NCBI RefSeq assembly: GCF_004010195.1
Contig: NC_057753.1
Span: 6,619,378 to 6,683,377 of the forward strand
DNA length: 64,000 nucleotides
From: Chiloscyllium plagiosum
Taxonomy: Eukaryota
Direction: 5' to 3'
Below, one piece after another: positions 1-11,760 of the stretch. The stretch's first letter is position 1, and every line of letters starts with the position of its first letter. Position numbers and translations under genes: made by a program. The notes under the pieces were generated by a model that was given only the letters and a program-made list of their open reading frames with translations, made no database searches and was not told where the DNA came from.

Positions 1-51
1 GAGAGTGTGTGTGGGTCGGAGTGTCTGTATGTGTTTATAGTGCAATGGTGG

Positions 52-512
52 TCACCTGTCATGTGACATGAACCGAAGGTCCCGGTTGAGGCCCTCCCTA
101 TGGGTAAAGAACTTAGCTATCAGCCTCAGCTCGGCCAGTTTGCGCTGCTGCCTGTCACGAAGTTCGCCTTGGAGGATAGTCACCCCACGTTCCGAAATCG
201 AATGTCCCGGACCACTGAAGTGTTTCCCAACTGGGAGAGGACACTCCTGTCTGTTGATGGTTGTGCGCTGCCCATTCATCAGTTGTCGTAGCCTTTGCTC
301 GGTTTCCCCAATGTACCATGCCTCCGGGCATCCTTGCCTTCAACGGATAAGATCGACATCGTTGGCTGAGTCACAAGAGCACCTGCCACGAACATGGTCG
401 GAGGTGTTCCCATGTGTAATGTTGGTATCAATGTCCACACTATGACACGTCTTGCAGCGCCTACCGTGACAGGGCTGTATGGAGTTGTCCTGAGAGCCGG
501 GCATCTTGCTAC
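52..512 (-). mobile_element. Penelope-like element remnant, GIY-YIG endonuclease C-terminal region
   Basis: ORFs 340..582 and 52..279 are in the same frame, separated by one TGA (340-342): PCHGRRCKTC...CSCDSANDVDLIR*RQGCPEAWYIGETEQRLRQLMNG...VGKHFSGPGHS...GLNRD. This matches the Cys-rich linker plus GIY-YIG (xxYxIxC...YIGET) of Penelope-like elements. Confidence 0.9.
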
Positions 513-1059
513 GAAAATGAATGTGGGATATGGTATTTGCAGATGGCAAAACGCCAGCCAAACTATTCCTCTTGAGGAACAAGGTTGTACAACTATTTGT
601 TTAGTTGGCTCGAAATGCTATCAGTTATTATTCAATCTAGAGAATGCTCGGATTCAGAACAGATCACTTGTTGAAGATCTGTAATCCGTGACCACAGACT
701 GATGAACACGTTGTTCAATTTTTTATTCGTTTGTGGGACTTCAGCGTCGCTGCCGACCACCATGGATAGCTCACCGCTATTTGCTCTTGATAAAGTCGTC
801 TTGAGCTGCCTCACTTTAGAAATAGATTTGCCTCAACATTGGTACTGAGATTGCAATCAGACATTTAATGCATTGCCTGAGGTAAGATGGCACCTATTTT
901 TAGATAGGCTGACTTCATCTTGATAATGTAATTCTGGATTTCCATATTAAAGAACATAAAACACCATATCCCGTTCAAAAAGATGGAGGGCTTAATATAA
1001 ATTTGTTTCCGAGCTAATCTGTTGTTGTGTGATTTTTAAATAAAGTTGTTTAAAATATC

Positions 1060-1185
1060 ATAACAACTCCATGACACTGTAACACTTGCGCTCTACATTC
1101 TGTGCTGTGCGGTTGTGTTCCACAGCCACCTGATGACGAGGCAGCGCTTTGAATGCTAGTGTTTTTACATAAACTAGTTTGTATG
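1060..1185 (+). mobile_element. Short Penelope-derived repeat with degenerate hammerhead core (family 1)
   Basis: ccac-CTGATGA(1130-1136)-cgaggcagcgcttt-gaat-gctagtg resembles the right arm of the 34540-34748 element. GAAA is mutated. Confidence 0.55.
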
Positions 1186-1632
1186 ATCTTTAACAATGTT
1201 TTACAGGAGAAACACGTAGACTGGTGGTAATATGTATCAATGGGCATGTGGGTTTAGATAGACTGTGGAATGGATTGGGCGATAAGCCCTGATTATAATG
1301 AATGCTGCAGCGGTTTCCAGCGCTCGAATGATATATTCCTGGTCATCCTTGAGTTTTTGCATTTACTATCGCATTCGAACTCCTGTTTTTTGGGTGTGAA
1401 TTCGTCATAGAAATGATCAAAAATGTAACAACTACTGAGTGCTTCCCGCAAGGCGACACAGCCTAGCTGTGATGTCACCAAAAAGCCAATCTGAGAGTTT
1501 GGACCATCAGCCGTTTGATCATCTTGTCATACATGTCGAGAATAAGCCAGATTTTTGTACAGACTTTGTTCCTAGGAATTCAAGTACTCATTAGCAAATT
1601 GGGAGCCAGGAATTCTGGAAGGCAACAACTGT

Positions 1633-2262
1633 GAAACATAGAACAGTACAGGCCCTTCAACCCTCGATGCTGTGCCGGATTTTTGTCTTACTCTCAGATC
1701 AAACTAACCTACACACTCTTCATTGTACTACTACCCATGTGCCTGCCCAAGAGTAGCTCCAATTTTTCTAATACATCAAATTCTACTACCAGAACTGGCA
1801 GTACTTTCCACGTACCCCCTTAAATAACTGTCCGCTATTGATAGCCATTTCTGCCCTTCGGAAAAACTTAATCCCTCATAAATCACTCTATCTATGCCTC
1901 TCATCACCTCGTACAATTTACCAAATCGCCTCTCACGGTTCTTCACTACAAATGTAATAAGTCTTAGCTGCTTCCAACTTTCTTCATTAGACATGCCCTC
2001 CAGTCAGGCAGCATCTAGAGCTTTCACATCCATCCGAAAACTGAAAATAACTGAAAACAATATTCAAAGTGTGGTCTAACCAGGGTTCTGCAGAGGTGCA
2101 GTAAAGTCATGCGGCTCTTAAACTTAATCCCGTTCCTAATGAAAGCCAAAGCTGCATATGCCTTCTTCACAATACTATCAACTTTAATAGTAACTTCGAG
2201 GAATGTATGGACATGGACCCCAATATTCCTCTGTTCCTCTACACTTCCAAGAACCCTGCCTT
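1633..2262 (-). mobile_element. CR1-type LINE 3' fragment
   Basis: Begins with the reverse-complement CR1 3' tail (acatagaacagtacaggcccttc). Minus-strand translation includes LYEVMRGIDRV. Runs into the N gap. Confidence 0.8.
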
Positions 2263-2457
2263 NNNNNNNNNNNNNNNNNNNNNNNNNNNNNNNNNNNNNN
2301 NNNNNNNNNNNNNNNNNNNNNNNNNNNNNNNNNNNNNNNNNNNNNNNNNNNNNNNNNNNNNNNNNNNNNNNNNNNNNNNNNNNNNNNNNNNNNNNNNNNN
2401 NNNNNNNNNNNNNNNNNNNNNNNNNNNNNNNNNNNNNNNNNNNNNNNNNNNNNNNNN
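2263..2457. other. Assembly gap (195 N)
   Basis: Run of N. Confidence 1.
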
Positions 2458-3664
2458 TTTCATTGACTTTTCATACCTTGATACCCGCAGTGTTCAGACG
2501 ATATTATGTCAATAGATACATAAATAACAAATATCTGACAGAGAGTGACTCAAATGCAATTTTCTATGCACCTCTTGGAATGATGGCAAAAAGCTGATCC
2601 AGTATGAAATTTTGAACCCATCTCAATTTAACCCATTGCTAATCCTCCTTAAGATGCTCCTTGAAATCTCCCACTTTGAAAAACAACTTTATTAAAATGA
2701 CAGAATTTTCAATGACTTAACTTTATGATTATATCATTAGTAGTCAACGCATGGGTGTATTTGTGAGTACTGAGAACGGCAAAGCAATTGGCTCAGATTA
2801 ATCAGTTGTACCTGGTCATGCAATTTGTGATATCTAAATTGCTCCTCATCACTTCCAAAATTAATCTCGCTGCTTGTGTTTCGATTCTGCTCTAAGAAAA
2901 TGAACAGTCAGAATATTTTAAATATTTGAATGTTTCCCGTTATCTGCCAAGGTGAATCCTCAACAACGTTTTGCATCCTCAGCTCGGTCAGTAAACAGTA
3001 CAGTCAAGGATTCCTCCAATTTGAATCAGCTTGGGTTTTCTACTTTCCTTCAAGCAATCATGGAAAATTCAAGTAACTGTAAGATATACTTTACCTGCCC
3101 AATTATACTTTTTAAGGCAGTACGAAACTTGCCATTCCGTACACCTGTGTTAGTTGCTCGTATCGCATCTGTGCAGAGAAATTAATTCTTTCGGAAATGA
3201 TCCCAACTTTTTCAGCATCCAGTTTTGGAGTATGTTGGGAATCATGAACAAATATTGCCAGGAATGTGAAAAGATTAAAGTCGTTCTTAATGTTTGTAAC
3301 CTTTCCAAAATGTTCTATCTTTACAGATGTCAACCAAAAACACGGGCTATGTTTCTGTACTTAACTACATTGTGGATTATTGCACATCACTAAGTTCGAG
3401 CTGAAAGTCGATCACTTTGAACTCGTAATCTTTAACTAATTTATGTTATTCCCTATTCCACTTATAACGGTCCCCGACATAAGCATAGAAATGTATATGT
3501 GTGGAAATATATGTAATAAAATTCGTTTATGTAGGGAGAGAGAAAATAAACGCAGGACGGTGTTTCAGATACCCATAGCTTGCACTGAGGTGTTATCTTT
3601 TTTTAATAGTATTTGGCCGCTGTTGAGTACATCCCCAGCTCCTTTTCGCTTGCTTGCTAAACAC

Positions 3665-5530
3665 AGAGCGTCATAATGTAGTACAGGAACGAAAGAAAAA
3701 CCTTCAGTCCAACTACTTCCTCCCGTCCATAATTAGAAACTGACCAGGTCACATCTGCCTGGATTTGGTCCATCTGGCTTCGAATCTTTCCTATTAAAGG
3801 ACATATCCAAACGTAGTTTTAATATTGCAATGGAATCCGCACACATGACCTCCCCCGCGAATTAATTCTGCACACAGACCACCCTCTCGGCAAAGAATGT
3901 CCCCTCTCATGTCTTTGCATATCTCTCATCTCACCTTAAAATTATACCCTCTAGTCTCAACGTACCCTGGTCATGGTTTTATAAACCTGTAAGTTCACCG
4001 TTCAACCTCCAAAGCTTCAGTGAAAATGAATACTCAACCTTTCAAGGTACTCCTGAGAAGTCAAAGGTTCCATCACCCTCAGCATCCTGGTTAAAAAAAA
4101 ACATGCTGATCTATCCAATTTCATTATATAGCATTCCAATAATAGGAACAATTGAGGACTGCAGACTGCAGAAGCTGGAGATCAGAGTCAAACATTGTGG
4201 TGTTGGAAAAGCACAGCCGGTCAGACAGCATGCGATGAGTAAGAGACCCGATGTTTCTCGCAGAAGCACTTCCTCAGGAATGCGTGATGAAGAGCTTATG
4301 CTCCAAACGTTGACTCTCCCCCTCTGCAGATGCTGCCTGCACGGCTGTGGTTTTCTAGCAACAGAATTTATGACTCTTTCCCATAATGGGTTAAAACGGA
4401 ATGGACAACAATGCTCCGTGGGAGACGTCACTAACATTTTTAAATCGAAAGATGACGTTCCAATTCCTCCCCTCCAACGTCTGGACAGTGAAGGCCAGCA
4501 TACTAAATGCATTCTTAACTATCCTATAAATGTGTGACATAAAGTTCAAAGAATTATGTACCTAGTCTCCGAGGTCAGTCTTATCTATAATACCATGTAA
4601 TGTCTTGCTTTAATTGAATATTTCCGGCCTTGTTGTTTTGCAAAATGAATGTTTCATATTCATTCCTGTTGAACTAGGTCTGCCATTGTTCCACGCCTTC
4701 ACCCGTCCTCTAGAAATCACTTTATAATCTCAGAAAACTGTCTTCGCTGATTAATGGCCAGCGTTTTTGCTGTCATCCATAACCTTATTAATGTTTTCTC
4801 TATTCTGTAACAAGATGAGGGCGTCGCCGACTAGGCAACATATATTGTCCATCCCTAATTGATGGCAACAGATCTCTAGTCCGAAAAAAAAAACCATCTA
4901 CCAACCCTCTCTGTATCTTGCTAGCAAACATATTTCATATTCAATTGCCATATTCACCCTGAATCCCATGTGATCAAACTTTATTGATTAGACTAGAATG
5001 TGAATCCTTGTCACAGGCTTTATTGAAGTCCAAGTAAACAACATGAACCAGTTCACTTATCGATGGTTTTGGATGTATCCTCAGAAAACTCAATCACCTG
5101 CTGGAGACATGATTTCCCGCACACAAAATTATGCTGACTCCTCAATCCTTGACTCAGGCAATGCATACACATCCTACATTTTAGTAGCACCGACAAGAAC
5201 TCACACATCATCAAAGGTGGACTCAATATATCTGCAATTCCTCGGTTTCTCCTTGTATCCCTTTATAGGCAATGCCACTCTCCAGTCAACTGGCATCTCT
5301 TTCGTGATATGCATGATGCACATGTGTCTGCAAGGGCCCTGTAAATTCCTACCTAAGTTTCCTAAATGTACTGAGGCATCTGACATCAGGTCAAGAAAAT
5401 GTATCGATATTTATATTTTCTAAGACTACCAACACGTCCTGGTCTGTGGTGTGAACAATTTCAAAACACCAATATTTAGTTCTCTGCATTCTCTCGCCTT
5501 TTTTGATTTCACTACAGTAAAAAAGAAGAG
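3665..5530 (-). mobile_element. Old, degenerate CR1-type LINE (RT to 3' end), interrupted at ~4154-4377
   Basis: CR1-like 3' end near 3690 and decayed RT motifs (e.g. reverse complement of ggctttattgaagtccaagtaaac = VYLDFNKA at ~5016-5040). Confidence 0.65.
4154..4377. mobile_element. Inverted (palindromic) pair of hammerhead-bearing Penelope tails (family 2), degenerate
   Basis: Left arm agagtca...ttcctcaggaa is an imperfect reverse complement of the right arm tgatgaagagcttatgctccaaacgttg...tgactct. Centre ~4280. Confidence 0.65.
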
Positions 5531-5648
5531 GACATAAAGTATTCACTTAATATCACATCTGTCTCGTGGGATTGAACACAAAGGCGACCTCTTCGAACTG
5601 TATTGGGTCCTCCTCTCTCTTTTGCCCTTTTGGTCAGAATCACGATTG

Positions 5649-6390
5649 TCACCTTCCCCGCCACAGCAGGAAGTGCACAACCTGCCCCTGCAGCATCTCC
5701 TCACCTCCATCTAAGACCCCAAAGAATCCTTTCACATCAAACAGAAATTTACCTGTACCTCCACAAATGTCAATTACTGTATCCCTTGCACTTGATGTGG
5801 TCGTCTGTAGACTGCAGAGAGTCGATGTCAACTTGTGGATCGTTTCAGAGAACCTCGCTTCGAAACCCGCACTAACCAACCCCATTGCCCTGTGGTGGAA
5901 CACTTCAACTCTCCCACACACTTCACCAAGGACATGCAAGTTCCTGGGCCTCTTCCATCGGCAAACCTTAGCGATCCAAAGACTGAAGGAAGAACGCCTC
6001 TTCTTCTGCCTTTGAAAAGCGCAACTATACCGGATTAAATGGACTTCAAACGTTTCCTCATTTCCTCTTCCCTCAGTTTATCTCAGTCCAAAGACTCCAA
6101 CTTGATAAAATCTGCTGGATTTTTCAATCGGCTTTCTCATCTATCCATGCCCCCCCCCCCATCTCTGACCTATATCCTTCCCCCACCTTCCTCTACCTAT
6201 TGCCTTCTCAGCTATCTTCCAGCGAACCCCACCCACTTCCATTTCACTCTCAAACGTCCTCCCACAAGCCTCATTCCGGACGACAGTCTGATGACGGAAA
6301 CTCGATTCTCCTGCTCCTCGGTTACTGCTTGACATGGTTTGCTTTTCAGACTCTGATCTAAAGCATCTGCAGTCCTCACATTCTCCTGAT
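5649..6390 (+). mobile_element. Penelope-like element 3' portion (GIY-YIG pseudo-ORF plus 3' tail with decayed hammerhead)
   Basis: Decayed translation RKCTTC...SFHIKQKFTCTSTNVNYCIPCT*CGRL*TAESRCQLVDRFREP...CPVVEHFNSPTH, then a pyrimidine-rich tail ending in the family-2 motif (gaaactcgattctcctgctcctc...gcatctgcagtcctcac). Confidence 0.85.
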
Positions 6391-9165
6391 ACATTGCTTT
6401 GTTTCAGATGTTCAGTGATTTCTGAGCGATCGTAAATGATGTTTATTGCTGTTTCTCCCCAACCACATGCGCCCCATTACATTTATTAAGCGATGTTTGT
6501 CTGAAACGTTATAGGAGAACTGCAGGCATGTTTCCTTTCTTCTCTTGACTAGAACCTCAGTATGTTTACTCATTTATTGTACCCAAATCTTACCAGGCAT
6601 GCATTTCACTTTCACAATGAACATAATTATTCAGAACTGTCGTTGTCGCACTTCTGAAAGACCGTCCTTTGTCAGACGTCCTATTTCGTGTAAATATCAT
6701 ACTTTAATCATCTTTGAAGGTTCTGGTCGCATACTAATTATTCAATTATCTAAGATCTCTTTGCATACTTAGTTCTCAACTTCACTTTGACTACTTGGAT
6801 GCCGAAAGTACATTCTCAACAAGGCGATCATTCCTTTCTTGTTTCGAATTTCAACACATTTGTTTCCGCTCGACTATTTTTTCAGAAATGTCATGTCTAG
6901 TTCCAACAGTACTGTTTTCCTCAATTAAAATTTGAGATCAGATCCCACTCCTCTCCACCCTCCCATTCCATCTTTTCAATAGCATTTTGCACCTTGGAAC
7001 ATTGAACTGCCACACCTGTCCATTCATCACATTTCTGCAATAACCACAACGTCTCAACCCCATCTTTCCCAACATTCGCTGCGTTCATCAGCCTAACATG
7101 CAAAACATCTTTCCTTAAAAAAAGAAGCAGTTTAGTTCTTCGTACTCTGATATTTCATTGTCAGTTTTTTTCGAAGTAACTTGTTATTTTCATAATCAAG
7201 GCTTTCGTAATTCCTGTTCTATTTAAACTGCTGCCTAATCTTGCTCTACCATCTACCCCTCCCCACTAACATTTTACATTCTCACTTAATGGAACTCGCA
7301 AAGAGAGCGAGTGGTTTACAAATTATTGAAATCTGTGATTCACTGATCAAATGTAATACCTTAGCGCAAATGTCATCTTGAATAAAATGGCCTTTTTCAA
7401 ACCTCACGTTTTTTAGTACGGCAAGAAGCCACACTATCTTTCCTTCTCAGCATCAGAATGCTTTGAAAGTATTGTTCGCATTCAGAAGACGTACACTGGT
7501 GACAAACACAAATGTTATTCCTTCGTCAACCCTAACTAGTCAGTATAACAAAATAAAAATCAAGTCTTTAGTTCGGGCAATTGTCGTTGTGAATGCACCT
7601 GTTGCTGCCATCCTGTTAGTAGCAAACCTCCCGTAATTCTCAAAGAAAGTGATCGTGTAAGCATCATCTACAATGACTTTTTAACAAACTTAGTTCTAAG
7701 AATGACAACAATTTCATTCATAAAGCATCATGTTAAAACAGTTGTTTTCCTACATCGGTTCATAACTTTTTTTAAAAAAAACGAAAAACATAGACATTTA
7801 CACGTGCAAGAATGCCCCTGAAATTACTTAATGGTGAGATTAAGAAAACGATGTTTCCAAGCGAAGAAGAAGAAGAAATGGATCTCAGTGAAACGTGAGG
7901 GAAGAATGCAACATAGGGTGCGAGGAAGAATAAAGGAAGAACAGGAGACATAATGTAGCAAATGAAAGGATGATTCAAGGAAGCCAGTACAAAAACTTAC
8001 TCACGAGACAAATGAATATGACCTATGTCGTTTAAAATTGAGAAGTACGGAGAAGCAGTTCGTTCTGAACATGCTATTGATTGAATGACCGATTCATACA
8101 TACATAGGAAAAGACACGACAATTGCTGAAAAAACTGGTTCATGTTATCACGTGTTGAACTCAAAACAAAAATATGTAGGAAATGTTTAAGTAATACTGA
8201 ACTTCGTGAAAAAAAATCTGGAGCAATTTAAAAGCCATTACCCTTGCTAACGAAGGAAATATACAGCAGTGATGAAATCAAATTAGAGACGATTTAATCA
8301 TCTAATAACTAGAATATGTGGCAGTAAATGTTGGAAATTATTTGTCTGGTTCATGTCAAAGATTATATTGTGTGACTTGATATATACATATTAAGACGAA
8401 CCCTTGGTCAGAAATGGCTTGTTTTTCAGGACCGATCGGAATGTCAACTACTCAGGTCAGTCATGATCGAATTGAGTAACGCAGTACGCGCAACGGGGCA
8501 TATGGGTATGTTCCTTCTTCCTATCCATATGATTGGATATGCATAGGCGTGTCTATAAAAAATGCAATGCAGCATAATTGGAAATATGTGGATTACCTGT
8601 GATATGAAAAATTAAAGGTTAAACACGTTCGGATAACTGTAGTATTTGTAGCACTTTACGCATTTCAGTAATGTTTTTAGGCCGATTATTTTGAAGAGTT
8701 GTGGAATGATGTAGGGGTAATCTTTCTTTACAGAATTAGGGAAAAATCGATCTGGAAGTCATTACGGAGAATGGAATGACCTCGGACCTACAGGAAATTG
8801 CTGATTAATGCTGTCTAAGTTGAGGGTTACACAGACCTCTTGCAGTGAGAGACACATGGAGAACTTTACAATATAAATGAAACATGTAACTGGCAGAATC
8901 TAAAGAGGGTGGGAAAGTTTTAATTTCTAGAGAAGATACAGAAAAACAAAATGGCGAGATGGCAAAAGGAAATTACAGATATCATTTTTATTACTGGGGC
9001 AGATCATGTTGGAGTGTGGTGGAGGTTATTGGGCCAGGGGAAAGCACACTAATAGGGATCAATACACATTTTGTCGGAAGTGACTGGAAAAAACCCCAAA
9101 AGTTACAGGATATTCTCTACTGGTTCACATTTTGCCTATTACCTGTTTTTGCATTAAAAATGACG

Positions 9166-10049
9166 TTAGTTTGATTGTTTCTTAATAAACGCAATAAGTA
9201 ATGTCAGAGGATATGTCAATGTAAGTTTTAGCTGTTCTCTGAACTTAGATTGTGTTACCACGTAAATGAACGTGTTTGTGCAGCAGCTTAAATTACGCAG
9301 CATATATGCAAAGTTCTCAAATACATAAGCAGACGGGTCATCTAATAGCTCAGCAACATCAAAAAAATATAAAACGTAGATGAATCACAGAAGTATGAAG
9401 CTGCTGGATATGGTGAAGAGCAAAATGATAGACTTCCTTCTACTCTCAGCTCCAGAGTCTCCCTTGCTGTGACATTTGAGTCGTTTACGGATTCGACTGG
9501 CCACTAAAATACAACTGACTGTCACACCGTTGAGAAACAGAATTAACCCAATTGGTATCAGCGGTGTTAAAATCTTCTCAAATATACGAAATCCAATCCA
9601 TCTCGAGTCAGTGAAATAGATTGGTCTGTTAGAACAGCGCCAAGGTATGTTGTTGATAATCCTCCGTGGTCTAAATCTAAAGTATATTGGAATATTTTTC
9701 AAACACAGAATGATCCCTGTTGTTAGGAGAATCACTGTTGCAGTTTTCTTTGTACAATATTGAGATTTCAACTTTGGGCAACAAATAGCAATAAATCGAT
9801 CAAAAGTGAAAGTGACAGTGAACCAGACAGAACAGTCTGTGGCTGCGCGGAGCAGAACATAGCGAATACTGCACACAGGAGTGATTTCCAGGAAATTTGA
9901 TGAAAAATAATAATCATTGATTCTGTTCAGTACAACCTCAGTGATGATGACGAGGAGATCTGCTGTTGTCATGGCCAACAGGTAGCGAGTTGTGCAGGTT
10001 GATAGCCCACAGCTTTCCTTGGACAGGACTAAAACTGAAACTAAATTCA
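9166..10049 (-). pseudogene. GPR139/GPR142-like class A GPCR, paralogue 1, coding exon 2; premature TGA at 9385-9387
   Basis: Acceptor ctctcttccag (AG at 10051-10050). Encodes VNL...CGLSTCTTRYLLAMTTADLL (TM2), PVCS...WFTVTFTFDRF (TM3), KNIP (TM4), LTP (TM5), LLFTISSSFILL*. The frame continues past the stop: FIYVLYFFDVAELLDDPSAYVFENFAYMLRNLSCCTNTFIYVVTQSKFREQLKLTLTYPLTLLIAFIKKQSN, ending at TAA 9166-9168 and colinear with paralogue 2. Confidence 0.88.
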
Positions 10050-11144
10050 CTGGAAGAGAGGCAAAAACATGTATTTGGTAATAAAGATTGATTTGCTGTT
10101 TCTGATCAGCCATTAAGAACTTTTCGCCAGAGATGTATGCATTTGGCATTATCACAGAGTTTAAAGTAATGGAGAAATTAACTGTGTGACAATGTAAGAT
10201 TGATTCATTATTGCCAACAAGAATTCTCCATTCGTAAGCATTAACCATTTAATATCTACACATGTATATGTTGGTACTATGGCAGTGACAAAATACACTG
10301 AGCAATGAATCCAGTCTGACTGATAACTGCACACTTCCAAGCTTAACATTTTGGGATCTCATCCAATGTCAGGTTAATCCTGTGCAGTATGAGGACAGGT
10401 TTAGTATTTATGCAAGATCCTATGTATGTAATTAACTTTCACTTATTACTTTTTGTCGTATTAGCTGAGCTTCTAGCAGATCGCATTTGGTTTTGATTTA
10501 ACCACTACAAATTGAATCCGAGTCACTAATAGTTTAATCTTTAAAAAATTATATGATGATGGAGTGATTTCAGATTTCATCTCATAGGAAACAGGTTGTG
10601 TTCTATTTTTTGGGTACAAAAATGCAGTGTAAATATCCAATATTGAGTTCTTAAAAGGTAAGATTCCTGTAAATAGAGATATGGAGAATATAATTTCACT
10701 GCCAATTTTCTAAAATCAAAGTTTACCACTTTAGAATTGCCAATGATAAATGTACGGAAAAATGGTTTGAAGTCCCAGAATATTTAGCTTATGGAATTAC
10801 TGGTACATGGAATAATTGAGATCATTAGCTTCAGTGATGTAAGACAAAAAAATGGCGACAATGGCAGGAAATGCCAGTTGCTTTAAATGAGATTTAATAG
10901 ATGGAAGCTTTCATAGATCAGACAGTCAGTTATTACTTCATTGAACGAAAAGTGCTCATGTTTGCCCTTTGATATCTGACTTCAGCATAAATGAGCTACA
11001 TTAGTTGTACTCCCTCACAGTCATCTGTATGTATTGAATGTAATGATATGCTTAAGATTTAGTGATTCCAATTAAAAAAAAGTGATGCTCCCCATTACTA
11101 TGGTTTATCTGTGAGAGATCAGTGATCACTTCTCTCACTCATAC

Positions 11145-11297
11145 ACGAATACAGCGGGGCATGCCGGTAATCCGAAATTAAACCTACTCCAGCATCATCT
11201 GTGGAGAGAAAATAGAATTAAGTGGACATGAAAGATTAACTGTGCCCACAGATGATGCCAGGCTTGCTGTGATTTCCCAGCAATGTGTATGTTTGTT
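11145..11297. repeat. Degenerate short inverted-repeat interspersed element in the paralogue 1 intron
   Basis: gcatcatctgtgg...aattaa versus ttaac...ccacagatgatgc are reverse complements. The 3' part (gcttgctgtgatttcccagca) resembles the family-2 tail. Confidence 0.4.
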
Positions 11298-11693
11298 CTC
11301 ATAATCACATAATACCGGTTCCTCATTAACAATGACAAACATGCTACAATGTGCAATGAGTATACGAATGAAGATGTATGAAAGAAAGGAATAGTTAATA
11401 CAATAGAATTTGAATGCACACTCGATTCATTGCTATTCCGTTAATGTACACACATTTTCAGTAGAACGTTAAACTATCGAATGACAGAAACACAAATATA
11501 CTTTCAGGCAGTAGGAGGCAATTCAGTCCATAATAAATGCACTTGCTCTTCAATTAAAAATGCTTGACGACACTATGTTCAACCATTCTGCTTCCGTGAA
11601 CATACAACGGACTAACTTGTAAGATTATAAGTCTTAGAGAAATGCACGCCTCATGGAAAAAAACAAATAGCTTTACACAGATGAGAAACTTAC

Positions 11694-11760
11694 CAGGAAC
11701 TCCAATGATGGCAAGAATCAGATAGTATACTTTCCTCACCATTTGAATAGGGAGATGCAT
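11694..11760 (-). pseudogene. GPR139-like paralogue 1, coding exon 1 (67 nt, MHLPIQMVRKVYYLILAIIGVP, phase 1)
   Basis: ATG at 11760-11758 after an A-rich context. Strong donor CCTG|GTAAGT. Splices in frame to 10049 to give TM1 (IGVP-VNL). Same length and phase as paralogue 2 exon 1. Confidence 0.88.

Noticed and set aside
2109..2597. ORFs spanning the N run (also 53699..54544 and 54038..54424)
   Set aside because: Artefacts of translating through gaps; the flanks are CR1 sequence.
4103..4537. Overlapping 144 aa and 133 aa ORFs on both strands
   Set aside because: They span a palindromic repeat inside a decayed LINE and show no protein-like motifs.
8987..8992. AATAAA (minus strand) as the polyadenylation signal of paralogue 1
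   Set aside because: Position is plausible (~175 nt past the stop) but the hexamer is too common in AT-rich DNA to support without transcript data.
9385..9387. Selenocysteine recoding of the in-frame TGA
   Set aside because: The aligned residue in the paralogue is Trp, not Cys, and no SECIS was evident.
10050..10248. N-terminal part of ORF 9385..10248 (MVNAYEW...) as the receptor N-terminus
   Set aside because: It is intronic read-through upstream of the acceptor; the real TM1 start is in exon 11694-11760.
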